This document shows positions 1 through 12,268 of a DNA stretch of 64,000 bases, piece by piece. Made by a program: the position numbers and the translations under genes. The stretch spans positions 1,152,001 through 1,216,000 of the forward strand of contig CAWIIB010000009.1 in assembly GCA_963836075.1 (NCBI GenBank). The letters run 5' to 3'. How positions within the stretch are numbered: position 1 is the stretch's first letter; every line of letters begins with the position of its first letter. The stretch is from an uncultured Acidobacteriota bacterium (GTDB lineage Bacteria; Acidobacteriota; JAQAZP01). The notes under the pieces were generated by a model that was given only the letters and a program-made list of their open reading frames with translations, searched no databases and was not told the DNA's origin.

Positions 1-1762
1 CGCCGGGCCGGCGCCCACCGTGTAGTCGGTCCAGACCCAGAACGTGCCGTCCCCAGACCCGGGAAAGATCGAGATCGAGCTCTCGCCGGTGTTGGCCACC
101 GCCAGGTCGGTGTGGCCGTCGCCGTCGAAGTCGCGGCTGATCACCGTTTCCGGCGCGTCGCCGGTGACGTAGTAGATCATCGCTTTCTTGAAAGTGCCGT
201 CACCGTTGCCCGGAAGCACCGAGATGCTGTCCTTGCCGTCGCTCACCACCACCAGGTCGGGGAAGTCGTCGCTGTTCACCTCGGCCACGGTGAGGGCCCG
301 GGCGTAGCAGCTGGTGGTGTAGTTCGTCGGTGTCCCGAACGTGCCGTCGCCGTTCCCGGTCAGCACGGACACGGAGCAGCCATAATCGTTCGCGGTGACC
401 AGGTCGAGGTCCCCGTCCCCGTCCAGGTCGGCGGAGGTGACGAAATTGGCATTGACATTGTCGAGGGGGTAGTCGGTGGGTTCGAGGAACCCGCCGCTGC
501 CGTCGCCGGGCAGGATGATGACCCGGTCCTCCGACTGGTACACGGTCACCGCGGCATCGGGAATGCCGTCGCCGTCGTAGTCGCCCAGGTCCATATACGT
601 GCCGTAGGTGACGGCGAACTCCGAGTCGGAACCGAGCAGCGTGCCGTCTCCTCTTCCTTTGAGAACCGAAACCCCGTACTCGCCGTCGTTGAGCAGTACC
701 AGGTCCGGGCGGCCGTCGCCGTCGATGTCGCCGGCGAGCACCTCGTCGCTCAAACCCTGCGGGTAGACGGCGCCCCGGTCCTCGAAGCCGCCCAGGCCGT
801 CGTTGGTAAGCATGGTGACCGTCGGCCCTTCATGGGAATTACTCCAGTACAGGTACCGCCAGGTCGGGCCGGCCGTCCCGGTCGAAATCGGCGACCGCCA
901 GGGATCCGTCGGGCGGGTGCTCCCCGAGCAGGAAGAAGGTGCCGTCACCGCTCCCCTGGTAGATCCGGGAATCCGAGTAGCCGAAGCTCACGGCCATGTC
1001 CGGGACCTGGTCGCCATTGAAGTCCTCGATGATCAGCGAGAGCAGGGCGTTGCTGGTGGCGTACTGGTCTGCCGGCTGGAAGGTCCCGCCGCCGTTGCCC
1101 AGCCGGACCCAGATGGAGTTGTAGTTGGCCATGACCAGGTCCGGGATGCTGTCGCCGTTGAGGTCGGTGAACTCGGCTCGTACCGGATCGTCCCCCGCCG
1201 GAAAGGTCACCACTGGTTGGAAGGTGCCGTCGCCGTTGCCGCGCAAGGCGAGGACGGTGTCACTGGTCCTCTCGGCCAGCAGCAGATCGGGGACGCCGTC
1301 GCCGTCACCATCGCCGATGGTGACGCTCCGTGGGCCGTCACCGGCCGGATAATCCACCGCGGCCTGGAAACTGCCGTCTCCGTTGCCCAGAAACACCGCG
1401 ACGCTGTCGTCATAAAAGTTTGACTTGACCAGGTCGACGTGGCTGTCGCCATCGAGGTCGTCCGCGGCCAGTTCGTCATATGAATAGTATTGCGCCACCG
1501 GCATCATCACCGCCGGCGCGAAGCCGCCGTCGCCTTCGCCGAGCATGATGGCGATGAAGCTCTCCCCGTCCTCGCGGTTCAGGGCGGCCAGGTCGAGGTG
1601 CCCGTCCCCGTTGAAGTCGGCCAGCACGCCTGAGTCTGGATCGAGCGGCTGATAGTGGTCGATGCGGGCGTCGAAGAGCGGTTGGGGAGCGGCTGGTACG
1701 GTAATCAGCAGGGGACTTGAAAGAGCGGCGAAAAGAATCAGGGACCGGTGAAATCGCATCAT
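1..1762 (-). CDS. Secreted FG-GAP/VCBS repeat beta-propeller protein (frameshift near 850; runs off the left edge)
   Basis: Signal peptide MMRFHRSLILFAALSSPLL and repeated DFNGDGHLDL, DLDGDSHVDL and LGNGDGSF motifs. After the stop at 839 the repeats continue in another frame (YWSNSHEGPTVTMLTNDGLGGF...GDIDGDGRPDLV) toward base 1. Confidence 0.85.
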
Positions 1763-1969
1763 TTACTCCCCGGGATGAAGAAAAGATCAATTGCCTGCTC
1801 TAACGTAAACAGAAAATTCGCGAGATCAACCCCTACCCCCCGTGGGCGGTCGGGGAAAACGTTATTAATAAGGTGAATATAGGTCTTTTGCGGTTGGCGG
1901 GCAAGGTATGGCACTGGCCGATTACGGAATACTTCTCCCTGCTTTACCGGGCTAGCCCGGTGGGAGAAA

Positions 1970-3760
1970 TCATTCTTCGATCACCGTCACCCGGGTCCGG
2001 CCGGCCGAGGCCTGCCACCGGCCCTCCTCCACCAGGGCCTCGCGGCCCGCGGTTTTGAAGGCTTTGGAGATGAGGATCCGGTCCTTGAAGTCGAGGACCA
2101 TGGTGTCGCTGTTCCAGTGCCAGCTGCCGGATGTCTTGCCCCGGCTGCTATCCATGTCGTGGGGCTGTCCGAAGCGCGCCGTGACGTCATCATAGGTCAG
2201 GCCCAGGTCGATGCTGTCAAAGCGCGCGGCGTTTTCCGGGTCCACCTCGAAATAGTCCTCTCCGGAGACCTCCAGGTGGTTGAGCATTGCCGCCACATCG
2301 GTGCGCATGTCATAGATCCCATCGAACCGCTCGACCTCGTGGATCCGTCGCGGGTGGGGTACAAGGGTGGCCAGGCCGGTGCCGTCGGCCAGGGACTCCT
2401 CCACGTGCTTGCGCACGTTGAGGATCGGGCCGCTGGAGTGGGTCAGCATCTTTGACTGGCCCTCGCTGAAGGCGACGATCACCGTTTCGGTGGTGAACAG
2501 GAGCTTCTTCTCTTTCCAGACCAGGGCCAGGTCGGCCGCACCGGTGACGGTGACCGTTTCGTCGGGCGGGCCGAGGATCGCCTCCACTTCCTCCCGGTTC
2601 ATGCTTGGCTCCAGCCGGTTGAAGTTCCGGGTCAGTTCACTGCCGCCGCTGTCCTCCATGGGCTCCGGTTCCTCGATGGCGGTGATCGCCGGAGCTGAAA
2701 CGGCCGCGGTAAAGGTGAAGAAGACCAACAGGATGAAGACGGTGAATTTGAAACGCGGGAAGCGGTTGGCCAGATGCCGGCGTCCGGTGTCGAGAATCGA
2801 CTCGATCCGGCGGCGGAAGGATGTGCGGGCGAAAACGATGCCTGCCGGTGATTCCATGAGAAACCTCCTCGATGGCAGTCTCTCTGCCATGCTGGTCAGC
2901 ATTTTTGCGTAGCGGACCGGGTTGCCGGTCAATCGGAGAACGTGGTCGTCACAGGCCTCTTCGGCCAGCCGGGCAATGCGGCCGGCGGCGATCCAGGCCA
3001 GGGGGTTCCAGAAATAGAGCGATCGGAGCAGGGCGGCCATGGTCAGGGTCAGTGAATCGCGCCGCTTGACGTGGGCCAGCTCGTGCAGGGCAACCTCGCG
3101 CAGTGCGTACGGCGACAGGTCCCGGGCAAACCGGGCCGGCAGGTAGACCACCGGACGGATGGTGCCCGAGGTGAAGGGCGCGGCGACGCCGGGATGCTCG
3201 ATGACCCGGAAGCGGCCGGAAAGGCCCAGCTGGCGAGCGGCCCGCCGAAATGTGGAGGTCACCACGGGGTCGTCAACCCTGGCGCCGCTGCGGCGCAGGT
3301 GCATGATCCGCAGCCGGCAGCGGGCCACCGGGGCGAGGAACAGCACCACCCCCGTGAGCAGGAGGGATGCGGCCAGCAGCCAGGGGACGTCGAGCAGCGA
3401 AAGCGACGGTGAGATCGTTGCCGCGGCAGTGGACATGGCCGGGAGGTCCGCGGCCGCGCTGCCGGCGGGGAAGAGCATCTGCGGGATCCGGACTGCCGGG
3501 GCGGGGAGCGCCACCCGGGTTCCGGAAAAGATGCCCGATGACTTCACCAGGACGGAGAGCAGCGGCAGCAGCGGCAGCGCGAGAAAGACCGACAGCAGCG
3601 AGAGGTGGCGCAGCGCCGGGCTGTGGCGCCGGAGCAGCCGGGCCAGCAGCAGGGCGCCGCCGAGGACAAAGGACATCTGCAGGAAGTGGGAGAGCACGGC
3701 GCCGGCCCACTGGCCGCACCAGCCGTCCAGTGTTGTGAATAGCTCGAATATGCTCATCAC
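1970..3760 (-). CDS. BlaR1/MecR1-like M56 metallopeptidase sensor with two C-terminal SmpA/BamE(BLIP)-like repeats
   Basis: N-terminal TM helices, PFTSGTIRPVVYLP, HELAHVKRRD (HExxH), WNPLAW, EEACDD. C-terminal repeats FNRLEPSMNREEVEAILGPPD and FDSIDLGLTYDDVTARFGQPH. Overlaps the stop of the BlaI-family gene. Confidence 0.9.
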   Translation of the reverse strand: MMSIFELFTTLDGWCGQWAGAVLSHFLQMSFVLGGALLLARLLRRHSPALRHLSLLSVFLALPLLPLLSVLVKSSGIFSGTRVALPAPAVRIPQMLFPAGSAAADLPAMSTAAATISPSLSLLDVPWLLAASLLLTGVVLFLAPVARCRLRIMHLRRSGARVDDPVVTSTFRRAARQLGLSGRFRVIEHPGVAAPFTSGTIRPVVYLPARFARDLSPYALREVALHELAHVKRRDSLTLTMAALLRSLYFWNPLAWIAAGRIARLAEEACDDHVLRLTGNPVRYAKMLTSMAERLPSRRFLMESPAGIVFARTSFRRRIESILDTGRRHLANRFPRFKFTVFILLVFFTFTAAVSAPAITAIEEPEPMEDSGGSELTRNFNRLEPSMNREEVEAILGPPDETVTVTGAADLALVWKEKKLLFTTETVIVAFSEGQSKMLTHSSGPILNVRKHVEESLADGTGLATLVPHPRRIHEVERFDGIYDMRTDVAAMLNHLEVSGEDYFEVDPENAARFDSIDLGLTYDDVTARFGQPHDMDSSRGKTSGSWHWNSDTMVLDFKDRILISKAFKTAGREALVEEGRWQASAGRTRVTVIEE

Positions 3761-4173
3761 CCTTCCTCCGCTTCCTTCTCGGCGATCAGTTTTTTGATCT
3801 CCTCCAGGTCTCCGGCCTGCAGGTCGCGGGTGTCCAGCAGGGAAGCCACCATCCCCGGCGCCGAGCCGGAAAAGGCGCGTCTCAGCATATCCTTGACGAT
3901 ATGCTTTTGTGCCTGCTCCCGGACCACTTTTGCCTGGTAACGGTAGGTTCGCCCATCCCGTTTCCTGGTCACGTGCCCCTTGTCCAGCAGGATCGAAAGG
4001 ATCTTGCGCACCGATCCGTCGGCCAACTGGCGTCCCTTGCCGTGGAGCTCCTGAAGCATCTCGTCCGGGGACATCTCCCCGCGGTCCCAGAGGAGCTGCA
4101 TGAACTCCAGTTCCACCTCGGTGAATGTTGATGTTTTACGGTTGGCCACTTGCTGTTTTCTCCCTGCTGCCAC
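3757..4173 (-). CDS. BlaI/MecI/CopY family transcriptional repressor
   Basis: TEVELEFMQLLWDRGE...SVRKILSILLDKGHVTRKRDGRTYRY...FSGS...MVASLL, coupled to the M56 gene. The start may instead be GTG at 4149. Confidence 0.92.
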   Translation of the reverse strand: MAAGRKQQVANRKTSTFTEVELEFMQLLWDRGEMSPDEMLQELHGKGRQLADGSVRKILSILLDKGHVTRKRDGRTYRYQAKVVREQAQKHIVKDMLRRAFSGSAPGMVASLLDTRDLQAGDLEEIKKLIAEKEAEEG

Positions 4174-4179
4174 CTGCTT

Positions 4180-4253
4180 ACGAGAATTAATTCTCTTTAA
4201 ATGTAGCCTGCGGCAGTCCCGCTGTCAACTATAAACGAGAATTATTTCTCGTT
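4180..4253 (-). promoter_or_regulatory. Sigma70 promoter of the BlaI/M56 operon flanked by two palindromic operators
   Basis: Minus strand TTGACA (4228-4223), 17 nt, TACATT (4205-4200). Palindromes ACGAGAATTAATTCTCTT (4180-4197) and AACGAGAATTATTTCTCGTT (4234-4253). Confidence 0.8.
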
Positions 4254-5478
4254 GGTTCGAAAAAAAATGAGGCTCCACGAACTGGAGCCTCTTTCATCGT
4301 CTTCCTGCGAGGTGGCCGGCATCAGCGGACTGTTTCGGTACTGAATCCCCTTCTCCCGGCCCTGTTCCCGGATGATCCGGGCCACCTCCAGGTCAAAGGC
4401 ATTGCCCTGCCCGGCTTCCATCCTCTTTTTCGTTTCGCTGGCGATATAGGCCTCGCGCTCGGCCAGCAGCTTGTCGATCTCCGCCTGAACCGCCTCACGT
4501 TTTTTCCCCTGCTCGGTCAGGTAGGCCTGCTGCTCCGTCGGCGTCATGCCCCGTATCTCATCGGGCAGCTCATCCTTGTCCAGTTCCTCCAGTCGGGCCC
4601 GGCCCTCGGCCAGGTCGTCCACCAGGTCGCCGCCACCCTGGACCACCTTTCTCGTGGCTGCGTTGTAAGCCAGTCGGTCGGCCGCCGCCGAGGGTGCGGC
4701 CGCTTCAGCCATCGCCTGCTTGGCCCGCACCTCCTCCCTGGCCCCGGTGCCGCCGTAGGCCATGATGGTATGGCCCAGCTCGACGTTCAGCTCGGCCAGG
4801 CGCCGGTCCTGGGGGGTGTCAATCACGGCCATGTCCCCGCTCTGCCCCAGGGCGATGAACCGCCCTTCGGACAGCCGGCTGATCTCCTGCCAGACCGGGG
4901 TGGTTTCGGCGTGGCCCCCGCACTGCACGGTGTTGATCACCAGGTCACGGGCCACCGCGGCGCGGCAGGTCTCCTGGTACGGGACGTCGTCCTGGTAGTC
5001 GACGTGCGGCGGGCAGTCGCCCACCAGGAAGACCACCTTGAGCACCTCGCGGTCGGGGCTCCAGCTGATCCGGGTCAGGGCCTCGTGGAGCGCCTGGTTC
5101 ACCGACTCGGGGGTGTCGCCGCCGCCGTCAGCCTGGAACTCCTGCAGCCGGGCATAGACCCGGTCGATGTCGTCGCTGAGATCGAAGACCCGGGTGACAT
5201 ACTCGTCGCCCCGGTCGCGGTAGCCCACCAGGGAGATTTTCAGCTCGGGCGTGGGTTCGGCGTCCACCAGCTGGTTGGCGATGGACCAGATTTTGGCCTT
5301 GGCCCCGGCGATCAGGCCGCCCATGGAACCGGTTGTGTCGAGGACGAAGCAGACCTCGATCCGAGGGGGCGGATCACGGAGGATCTCCGCCGGCCCGGGC
5401 CGCGAGCCCCTGGGCCATGATGATCATCGTTGCCAGAAGCAGTCCGCCGGTCAGTTGCATCATCTTTTTTCTGTTCAT
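4242..5478 (-). CDS. Secreted von Willebrand factor A domain protein (frameshift near 5395)
   Basis: ATG 5478 with RBS and signal peptide MNRKKMMQLTGGLLLATMII. It shifts into IEVCFVLDTTGSMGG (MIDAS), then VGYRD, GGGDTPES and LVGDCPPH. The C-terminal tail runs over the terminator, so the true stop may be earlier. Confidence 0.85.
4260..4292 (-). terminator. Intrinsic terminator after the vWA gene
   Basis: Stem GAGGCTCCA/TGGAGCCTC next to an A-run that reads as a U-tract on the minus strand. Confidence 0.65.
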
Positions 5479-5518
5479 CGTCTTTCTCCCTGACCCGGCT
5501 TTTCCCGGGTCCTGTCGC

Positions 5519-7808
5519 TCAGTTGTCAGTTACTTCGTAGACCGTATCCCCGATGAGGACGAGGACGTTGGGCCCCAGGGCCAGCCACTGGCCGACCCGC
5601 GGGTCGCGGGACAGCAGGTCGAAATAGTCCTTGCTGCCAAAGGGGACCCGGATCCGTTTCCCGGAAGTTCCGGTGGGAACGGCAGCGTCGATCCACTGGT
5701 TGCCGTTGCGGTAAAAGGTCCGGCCGCCGGCAAAGCGGATCTCCTGCCCGGCCAGTGCTTCCCCGACGCGGTCCCGTTTGCCGGATCCCTCGCCCGTCTG
5801 TCCCCGGCTGGCGTAGCGGTTGGCCGTCATGGGGGCGGCCGCGGCCTGGTCGGCCTTTTTCAGCGCGTCGAACGCCTGGGCCCCGCCCACCGCGGCATAC
5901 CCGCTCTTCTCCTCGTTCACCTGCCGGTACATCCGGCCCGTCTCTTCCTCGAGGTAGCCGAGGTCGCGCAGGGCACGGGCCGGCAAGGGCACGTTCCGCC
6001 GGTCCTCGTCCTCGATGATCAGGTAGGCGGTGTACGGGGTGACGATGCCGTGGGCCCGGGCCAGTTCGGTGACCTCCTGCTTCAACTCGGCGCTTTCGCC
6101 GTGCAGGCGGATCTGGTCCAGCAGGTAACCCACCCGGCGGGTGGCCCAGAGCCGGGGGATGAAGTCGTGGCCCGACCCGTCACGGGGGAAGTTCGCCCGG
6201 TAGGTGAAACGGCGGGACGTGCCGTTGACCGTCCCGCGGAGGCTGATCTCGGCATCCCCGTGTCCGGAGAAGCGGCCGGCCACCTTCAGCTGCTCGCCCT
6301 TGAACAGGTCGGGCAGCGGCGAGGGGTGAAGCCTGGTGGTGCGCACCGGTCCGGAGATCTCCAGCTGGAGGCCGGCGAGCACCGGTTCGCTGATCTTGCC
6401 GTAGAACGAGGAGAGCTTCAGTTCCAGGTCCTCGTCGGGCAGCACATACTGGCTGGCCGCCCTGGTTTCTTCGGTGATCCGGTCCAGCAGGTGGGTGTTG
6501 ATGTCGGTGCCGACCCCCAGGCAGAAGACCCGTACCGATCGGCGGCCGATGGTCTCGCCCAGCCGCCTGAGGATCTGCTCCTCGTCGGTGCTGCCGATGG
6601 TGGGCAGGCCGTCGGTGAGGAAGACCACCATGTAGGGCCGGCCTTCACGGGCCTGTTCCGCGGCGGGTTCGACGGCGGTGAGCAGCGCGTCTTCGATGGC
6701 CGTCCCGCCGATGGGCTTGAGCCCGTCAACCAGGGCTTCGGCCTGGTCCAGGTGTTCCCGGTCGGCCGGGACAAGCCTGCGGAACAGCGGCCGGGCCTCG
6801 GTGGCAAAGGGCACGAGCTCGAAGCGATCACCCCGGTTGAGATTGCGCAGGCAGAAGCGGAGCGCCCGCCGGGCCTGGTCGAGCTTGTTCCCGTCGGCCA
6901 TGGAGCCGGAGGTGTCGAGGACGAAGACCACGTCCTTCTCCATCGCCTGGCTCCTCTCCATGCCGGCTGATGGCGAAGCGATGAGCAGGAAATACCCGTC
7001 CTCGCCGGGCCCGTTTCCGGGGCAGGCCAGCAGGTCGAGCCCCAGATCGTCACCGCGCTGCGGGGAGAAATAGAGCTGGAAGTCGGTGTCGGGCAGGACG
7101 TTGTTCGCCTCGTACGCGGCCACGGCACGCCTCGGGCCCTGCCGCTCGATCTCCACCGGGTGGCTGGGTGAGTAGAGCGAACCGATCTCCCGGCTGCCCG
7201 ACAGTTCCACGGTCACCGAGACGCTCTCCAGCGGGCGGGCCGAAAACTTCTCGGTGTTCAGCGGGTAGCGGTACTCCAGCATGCCGCTGTCCCCGGAGAG
7301 CAGCTGGGTGTAGCGCAGCTTGACCCGTTTGTCGCTCCGCGGCTCGATGGGGAAGATTCGTGCCTTGAACGCCTCGCGGCCCGCGTATTCCAGCAGGGCC
7401 GGGTCGCGCATGCTGCGGACGATATCCTCGTAAATCTTTCGTGCCTTGCCGGCGTCCAGCAGCTCGGCCTCGGTCATCCGGCCATTGACGTCCATGGAGA
7501 AGCTGTCCAGCTGTCCGTCCCGGGGCACCGGGAAGAGATACGTCCCCTCCAGCCGCTGGTGGTTGGGGTTGAAGAAGACCTGGTCCACCTCGGTGACCGC
7601 GAAGCGGTCGGTGATCTTCACCGTCACATGGTGGTATTTCACCTCCAGCGGCGCGAAGCGGTGCGGCGGCCGGAACGGGGGATGGTGGGGCAGCGGCGGC
7701 GGGTCGTGGATGATGATCAGGCCGTCGGCCCGGGCGGACTGGCCGGCCATGGACGCCGGCCAGCAGGCAGAGAATCAGGATCAGTGCTTTTCGTGTATTG
7801 CTGAACAT
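5519..7808 (-). CDS. Secreted VIT + vWA domain protein (inter-alpha-trypsin inhibitor family; frameshift near 7755)
   Basis: AGGAGG RBS and signal peptide MFSNTRKALILILCLLAG. VIT motifs QVFFNP..LEGTYLFPVP and DPALLEY; vWA motifs FVLDTSGSM, GGTAI and FLTDG; C-terminal RLWATRRVGYLL and IVTPYTAYL. Confidence 0.9.
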
Positions 7809-8023
7809 GTGGAACCTCCTTCCACCGGTGTTGCCGTATCGATCGCGTTCACCCGGTTTAACAAGGCAGCAACGATTTTGTTCAGTGGGGTGCCGTTTCG
7901 CCTGACCGCAATTACTCGTCCTGTTCCGGCTTCGCGATTCCGGCGGCCGGTGGACTGGCCCTGATCCGGGTGGCATAATGAATCAATCGTTTGCAAACGG
8001 ACCCGGTGGTACAGGAGATCATC

Positions 8024-11000
8024 GTGCGATTCTCCAGCTGCAATCTTCGCGGGTGCTGGTTCGGCCTCGCCCTCTTCTTCCTCTTCTCCGTCTCCCTGTC
8101 CGGCATCGCCGATCCGGAAGTTCCGGCCCCCGTCGTGCCGCAATACGAACGTCTGCTTGCCGGCGAGGACGAGGTGCGGGCCGCTGAACTGGAGGACCGG
8201 ATCTCGCAGCTTCGCCGGGAGGGGAGGTATGACGGCGCCCTTCTACCGGCGACGGAGGTTCTCGAACTCCGGCAGCGGGTGCAGGGTGTGCGACCATTGG
8301 GAAACGGTTTCCGCCAGGCAGCTGCTGGCCAGCCTGGAGCGGATCGCCGGCCTGCCGGCCGAGGGCCGGGACGAGGCCGCCCGGGCGTACTCCGGGCTGC
8401 TGGAGGCCAATCGCCTGGCTGAGGAAAAGCAATATGCCGACGCCGCCGAATTGGGCGGACCGGTGCTGGAAACCCGCCGGCGCCTGCTGGGCGATGGTGA
8501 TGTCCTGACGCTGAACGCGATGAACGATCTGGGTGCGGCCTTGTTCCTGGCCACGAATCCCGACCTGGCGGAGCCGCTGCTGCGGGAGGCCCTGGCCGGC
8601 CGGCAGGCATTACTGGGCCCGGACCACCCGCGGACCATGCTGACCCGTGTCGTGCTCGCAAACTGCTGCCGGTTGCAGAGCAGGTTCGAGGAAGCCGGCC
8701 GGTTGTATGCCGAGTCTCTGGACGGCCGCCGCCGGGTTCTGGGCGACGATCACCTGAAAACCTTACAGTTGGTGAGCCGCCAGGCTCACCTGGCACGTGA
8801 CCAGTCCCACCTCGAAGAGGCCGAAAAGCTCTATCGCCAGGTTCTCGCCGAGTACCGCCGGGTGTTGGGAGACAAGCATGAAGAGACCCTGGGCGCGCTC
8901 TGCGATCTCTCCCTGATTCTCCAGGACATGGGGAAATTCGACGAGGCGGAGGAGGCGATCCGGGAGGCGGTGGATACGGCCCGCCGGGACCTGGAGCCCG
9001 ACGACCCGCAATCCTTATCGATATTGAACCGCTGGTCCACGTTGCTGATGGGCCGGGGCCGGTACGACGAAGCCGAACCGGTGTTGCTGGAGTTGCTGGC
9101 TGGCGCTCGAAAGCTGTATGGAGAGGAGAGCTCGTTCGTTGCCCTCGTGTACCAGAACTTCGGTGGTCTCTATTATTCCTCCGGAAAACTGGGAGATGCG
9201 GAAGTCTATTTCAACAAGGCACTGGAGCTCCGCCGCGAACTTTTCGGCGAAAACAACGCCAGGACATTGACCACCATGATCAACCGGGCCCACGTGCTGG
9301 TCTCCCTGGGCCGGTTGTCCGAGGCCGAGCAGGCCTACCGCCAGGGGCTGGAGGGGCGGAGAGCTCTTCTCGGCGATGAGCACCTGGACACGCTGACCGC
9401 CATGAACAGCCTCGGTTACTGTTGCCGCTCCCAGGGCCGGTTGTCCGACGCCGAGTACTATTTCAGGAAATCGCTGGAGGGCTTCCTTCGCATCGTGCCC
9501 GAGGATCACCCGAATACCCTCACCGCATATCTCAACCTGGGGCACATCCTGGAGGCCCAGTGGCGGTTGCCCGAAGCCGAGCCGCTGATCCGCCGTGCCC
9601 TTGCCGGTTACCGTGCGGTCTACGGCGAAGACCACCCCCGCACCTTGCTGGGCCTGCACAACATGGCCCACCTGCTGGAGGACCAGGGCCACCTGGAAGA
9701 GGCCGAAGCCGCCTACTTCGAAACTCTGGAGGGACGCCGGCGGGTGCTGGGCCCCGATCACCCGCGGACCATCACCGTGCTGAACAACCTCGGGATACTG
9801 GCCAGGAAGCAGGGGCAGTTGGACGTGGCCGAGGAACGGATGCGCCTCGCGCTGGCCGACCGGCGCCGGGTGCTGGGTGACGAGAACCCGCACACCCTGA
9901 CCTCCATCGAGAACCTGGGGGTGATCCTGATGAGGCAGGACCGTCTGGAGGAGGCGGAACCGCTGATCCGTGAAGCCCTGGACGGCCGGCGGCGGGTGCT
10001 GGGTGAAAACCACCCCCGCACCCTCGGCTCGATGCAGAACCTGGGCCGTCTGCTGGAAGAAAAGGGGGAGCTCGATCAGGCGGAGCTGCTGATCCTGGGG
10101 GCCCAGGACGGCTTGCGCGGGATTTTCGGTGAGGCCCATGTCAACATCACCGGGAGCTTGAACCTGCTCGGTGAGCTGTACTACCGCAAGGGAGATCTGG
10201 CCGGGGCCACCGCCGCCTGGACCGAGGCCGCCGAGAGTTTCGAAGCCGCCCGGTTACGGTCCGGGGCCCGCGGCCTGGAGCGGGTCCACTTTGCCGCCGG
10301 TCACTCGCCGCTGGCCCCCCTGGCCGCCTGCCTGGCGCGGGGCGGCAAGGCGGTTGAGGCCTGGCAGCGGTTCGAGGCCAGTCTGGCCCGGGGGTTGCTG
10401 GATACGGTCTCTTCACGGTACGCCCGTCCGTTGAGCCGGGAGGAACGGCAGCGGGAATCGGACCTGATCAGCCGGTTGTCCAAACTTGATGAGCGAATGG
10501 GCCGGATTTACGGCATGGCCGGCCCGGATGCCGGCGATGAACAGGCGGTCGTCGGAGAAAAGCTGCGCGCCGAACGGGACGGGCTGCTCCAGGAACTGGC
10601 CATCTTTCAATCCGAGATCAGCGGCAAGTACGGCGTTGCCGCCGGAGAGGTGTACGGCCTGCAGCGGATCCAGACCCGGATCCCGGCCGGCACGGCGCTG
10701 CTCGGGTGGGTCGATGTCGTCCCCACCGGAACAGCGGGCAAAAAGGCCGGGGAGCACTGGGCCTGCCTGATCCGGAAGAGTGGTTCACCGGTGTGGGTCG
10801 CACTTCCGGGCAGCGGCCCCGGAGGAGCCTGGACCGCCGCCGACTCAGAGCTCATCGGTCAGCTTCGCGAAGCGCTGGGCAAGCGGGCCCGTCGCGCCGC
10901 CGACCGCCGGCGGCTGGCCCTGCTCCGGCAGCGGCTGCGGGCCCAGCGGATCGAGCCGCTGGTGCCTCACCTGGCCGGAATCAGCAACCTGGTGGTACTG

Positions 11001-12053
11001 CCCGCCGGGCAGATGGCCGGTGTGCCAGTGGAGGCGCTGGCCAACGATTACACGGTGAGCTACACGCCGTCGGGCACCATGTTCGCCTGGTTGGGGGAAA
11101 AGCGTGATCAGGGGGCCGGCCGCGGTCCGGCGGATCGGCCCCCCCTGCTGGCCCTGGGCGACCCCGTGTTCACAAGCGCCTCGGTGACCGATGCCAAGGC
11201 GCCGGAGAGCGGTGACCCGGCGGTGCGCGCGTTGCCCGCGCCAGGGCCCAGCCGGCAGGTTCGGATAGGATCGCTGATGCCCCTGCCCGGAACCAGGCGC
11301 GAAGTTGAAGCCATCGCCCGGCTGTTCGACCCGCCCGAGGGGATGCCCGGCCCGCTGGTGCTGCTCGGTTCGGCGGCCAGCGAGCAGAGGTTGGATGCCC
11401 TCTCCGTGTCGGGGCAGTTGGAGGGCTTTCGCTATATCCACCTGGCCACCCACGGGGTGATGGACGACCAGGTGGCCATGCGCTCGGCCCTGATCCTCTC
11501 CCAGGACCGGCTGGGTGACTCCCTCCAGCGGGTGATCGAGGGCAAGGATGTGTTTGACGGCTGGCTCACCGGCGAGCAGATCGTCCGGACCTGGAAGCTG
11601 GACGCCGACCTGGTGACCCTGAGCGGCTGCGAAACGGCCCTGGGCCAGGAAGCCGGCGGCGAGGGCTACCTCGGCTTTTCCCAGGCCCTGTTCGTGGCCG
11701 GTGCCCGCAGCCTGGTACTCAGCCTGTGGAAGGTGGACGACCGGGCCACCATGCTCCTGATGCAGCGGTTTTACGAAAACCTGCTGGGGCGCTTCTCTTC
11801 CGTCCGTGGCCTCCCCGGAGCGGAGTTCGAACCCGGCGTCGCCATGCCCCGGGCCGAGGCCCTGCGTGAGGCCAAGGCCTGGCTGAGCGGGCTCACCGCC
11901 GACGAGGTTCGGGAACTGGATCCCGCCGGCAACCGGTCCGGCACCCGGGACGCAGGCTCCGGCCCATCGGAACCGGTGAACCGACTGTCGGGCAAGCCCT
12001 TCGAGGATCCCCGCTACTGGGCGGCCTTCATCCTGCTGGGTGACCCGCTGTAG
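8024..12053 (+). CDS. TPR-repeat CHAT (caspase-like) protease with N-terminal signal/TM segment (frameshift near 8290)
   Basis: AGGAG RBS, GTG at 8024 and a hydrophobic leader. Many ~42-aa LGxDHPxTL TPR repeats. CHAT dyad IHLATHG and LSGCETALG, then SLWKVDD and PRYWAAFILLG. Confidence 0.9.
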
Positions 12054-12268
12054 AGCCCCCCCGCCACGTGCAGTTGTCCACCTCAAAAAAAATACAAGTT
12101 AGGCCGGGGACAGTCGTTCATCGAATTGAACGGGGTAGGGATTGCTCCCTCTTCCGGTCGCTGTCATTGGGGCGGCGCCACTGGATGAATGGGGGACCCG
12201 CCTTCGGATTCCTGTTGCCGCAGGTGCCAGAACCATTACCGGTGGCCAGCAGGAGGGAGGACGTGCAG

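Noticed and set aside
9300-10100. Regularly spaced ~126-bp DNA repeats resembling a CRISPR array
   Set aside because: They are degenerate coding TPR repeats. There is no fixed repeat with unique spacers and no cas genes.
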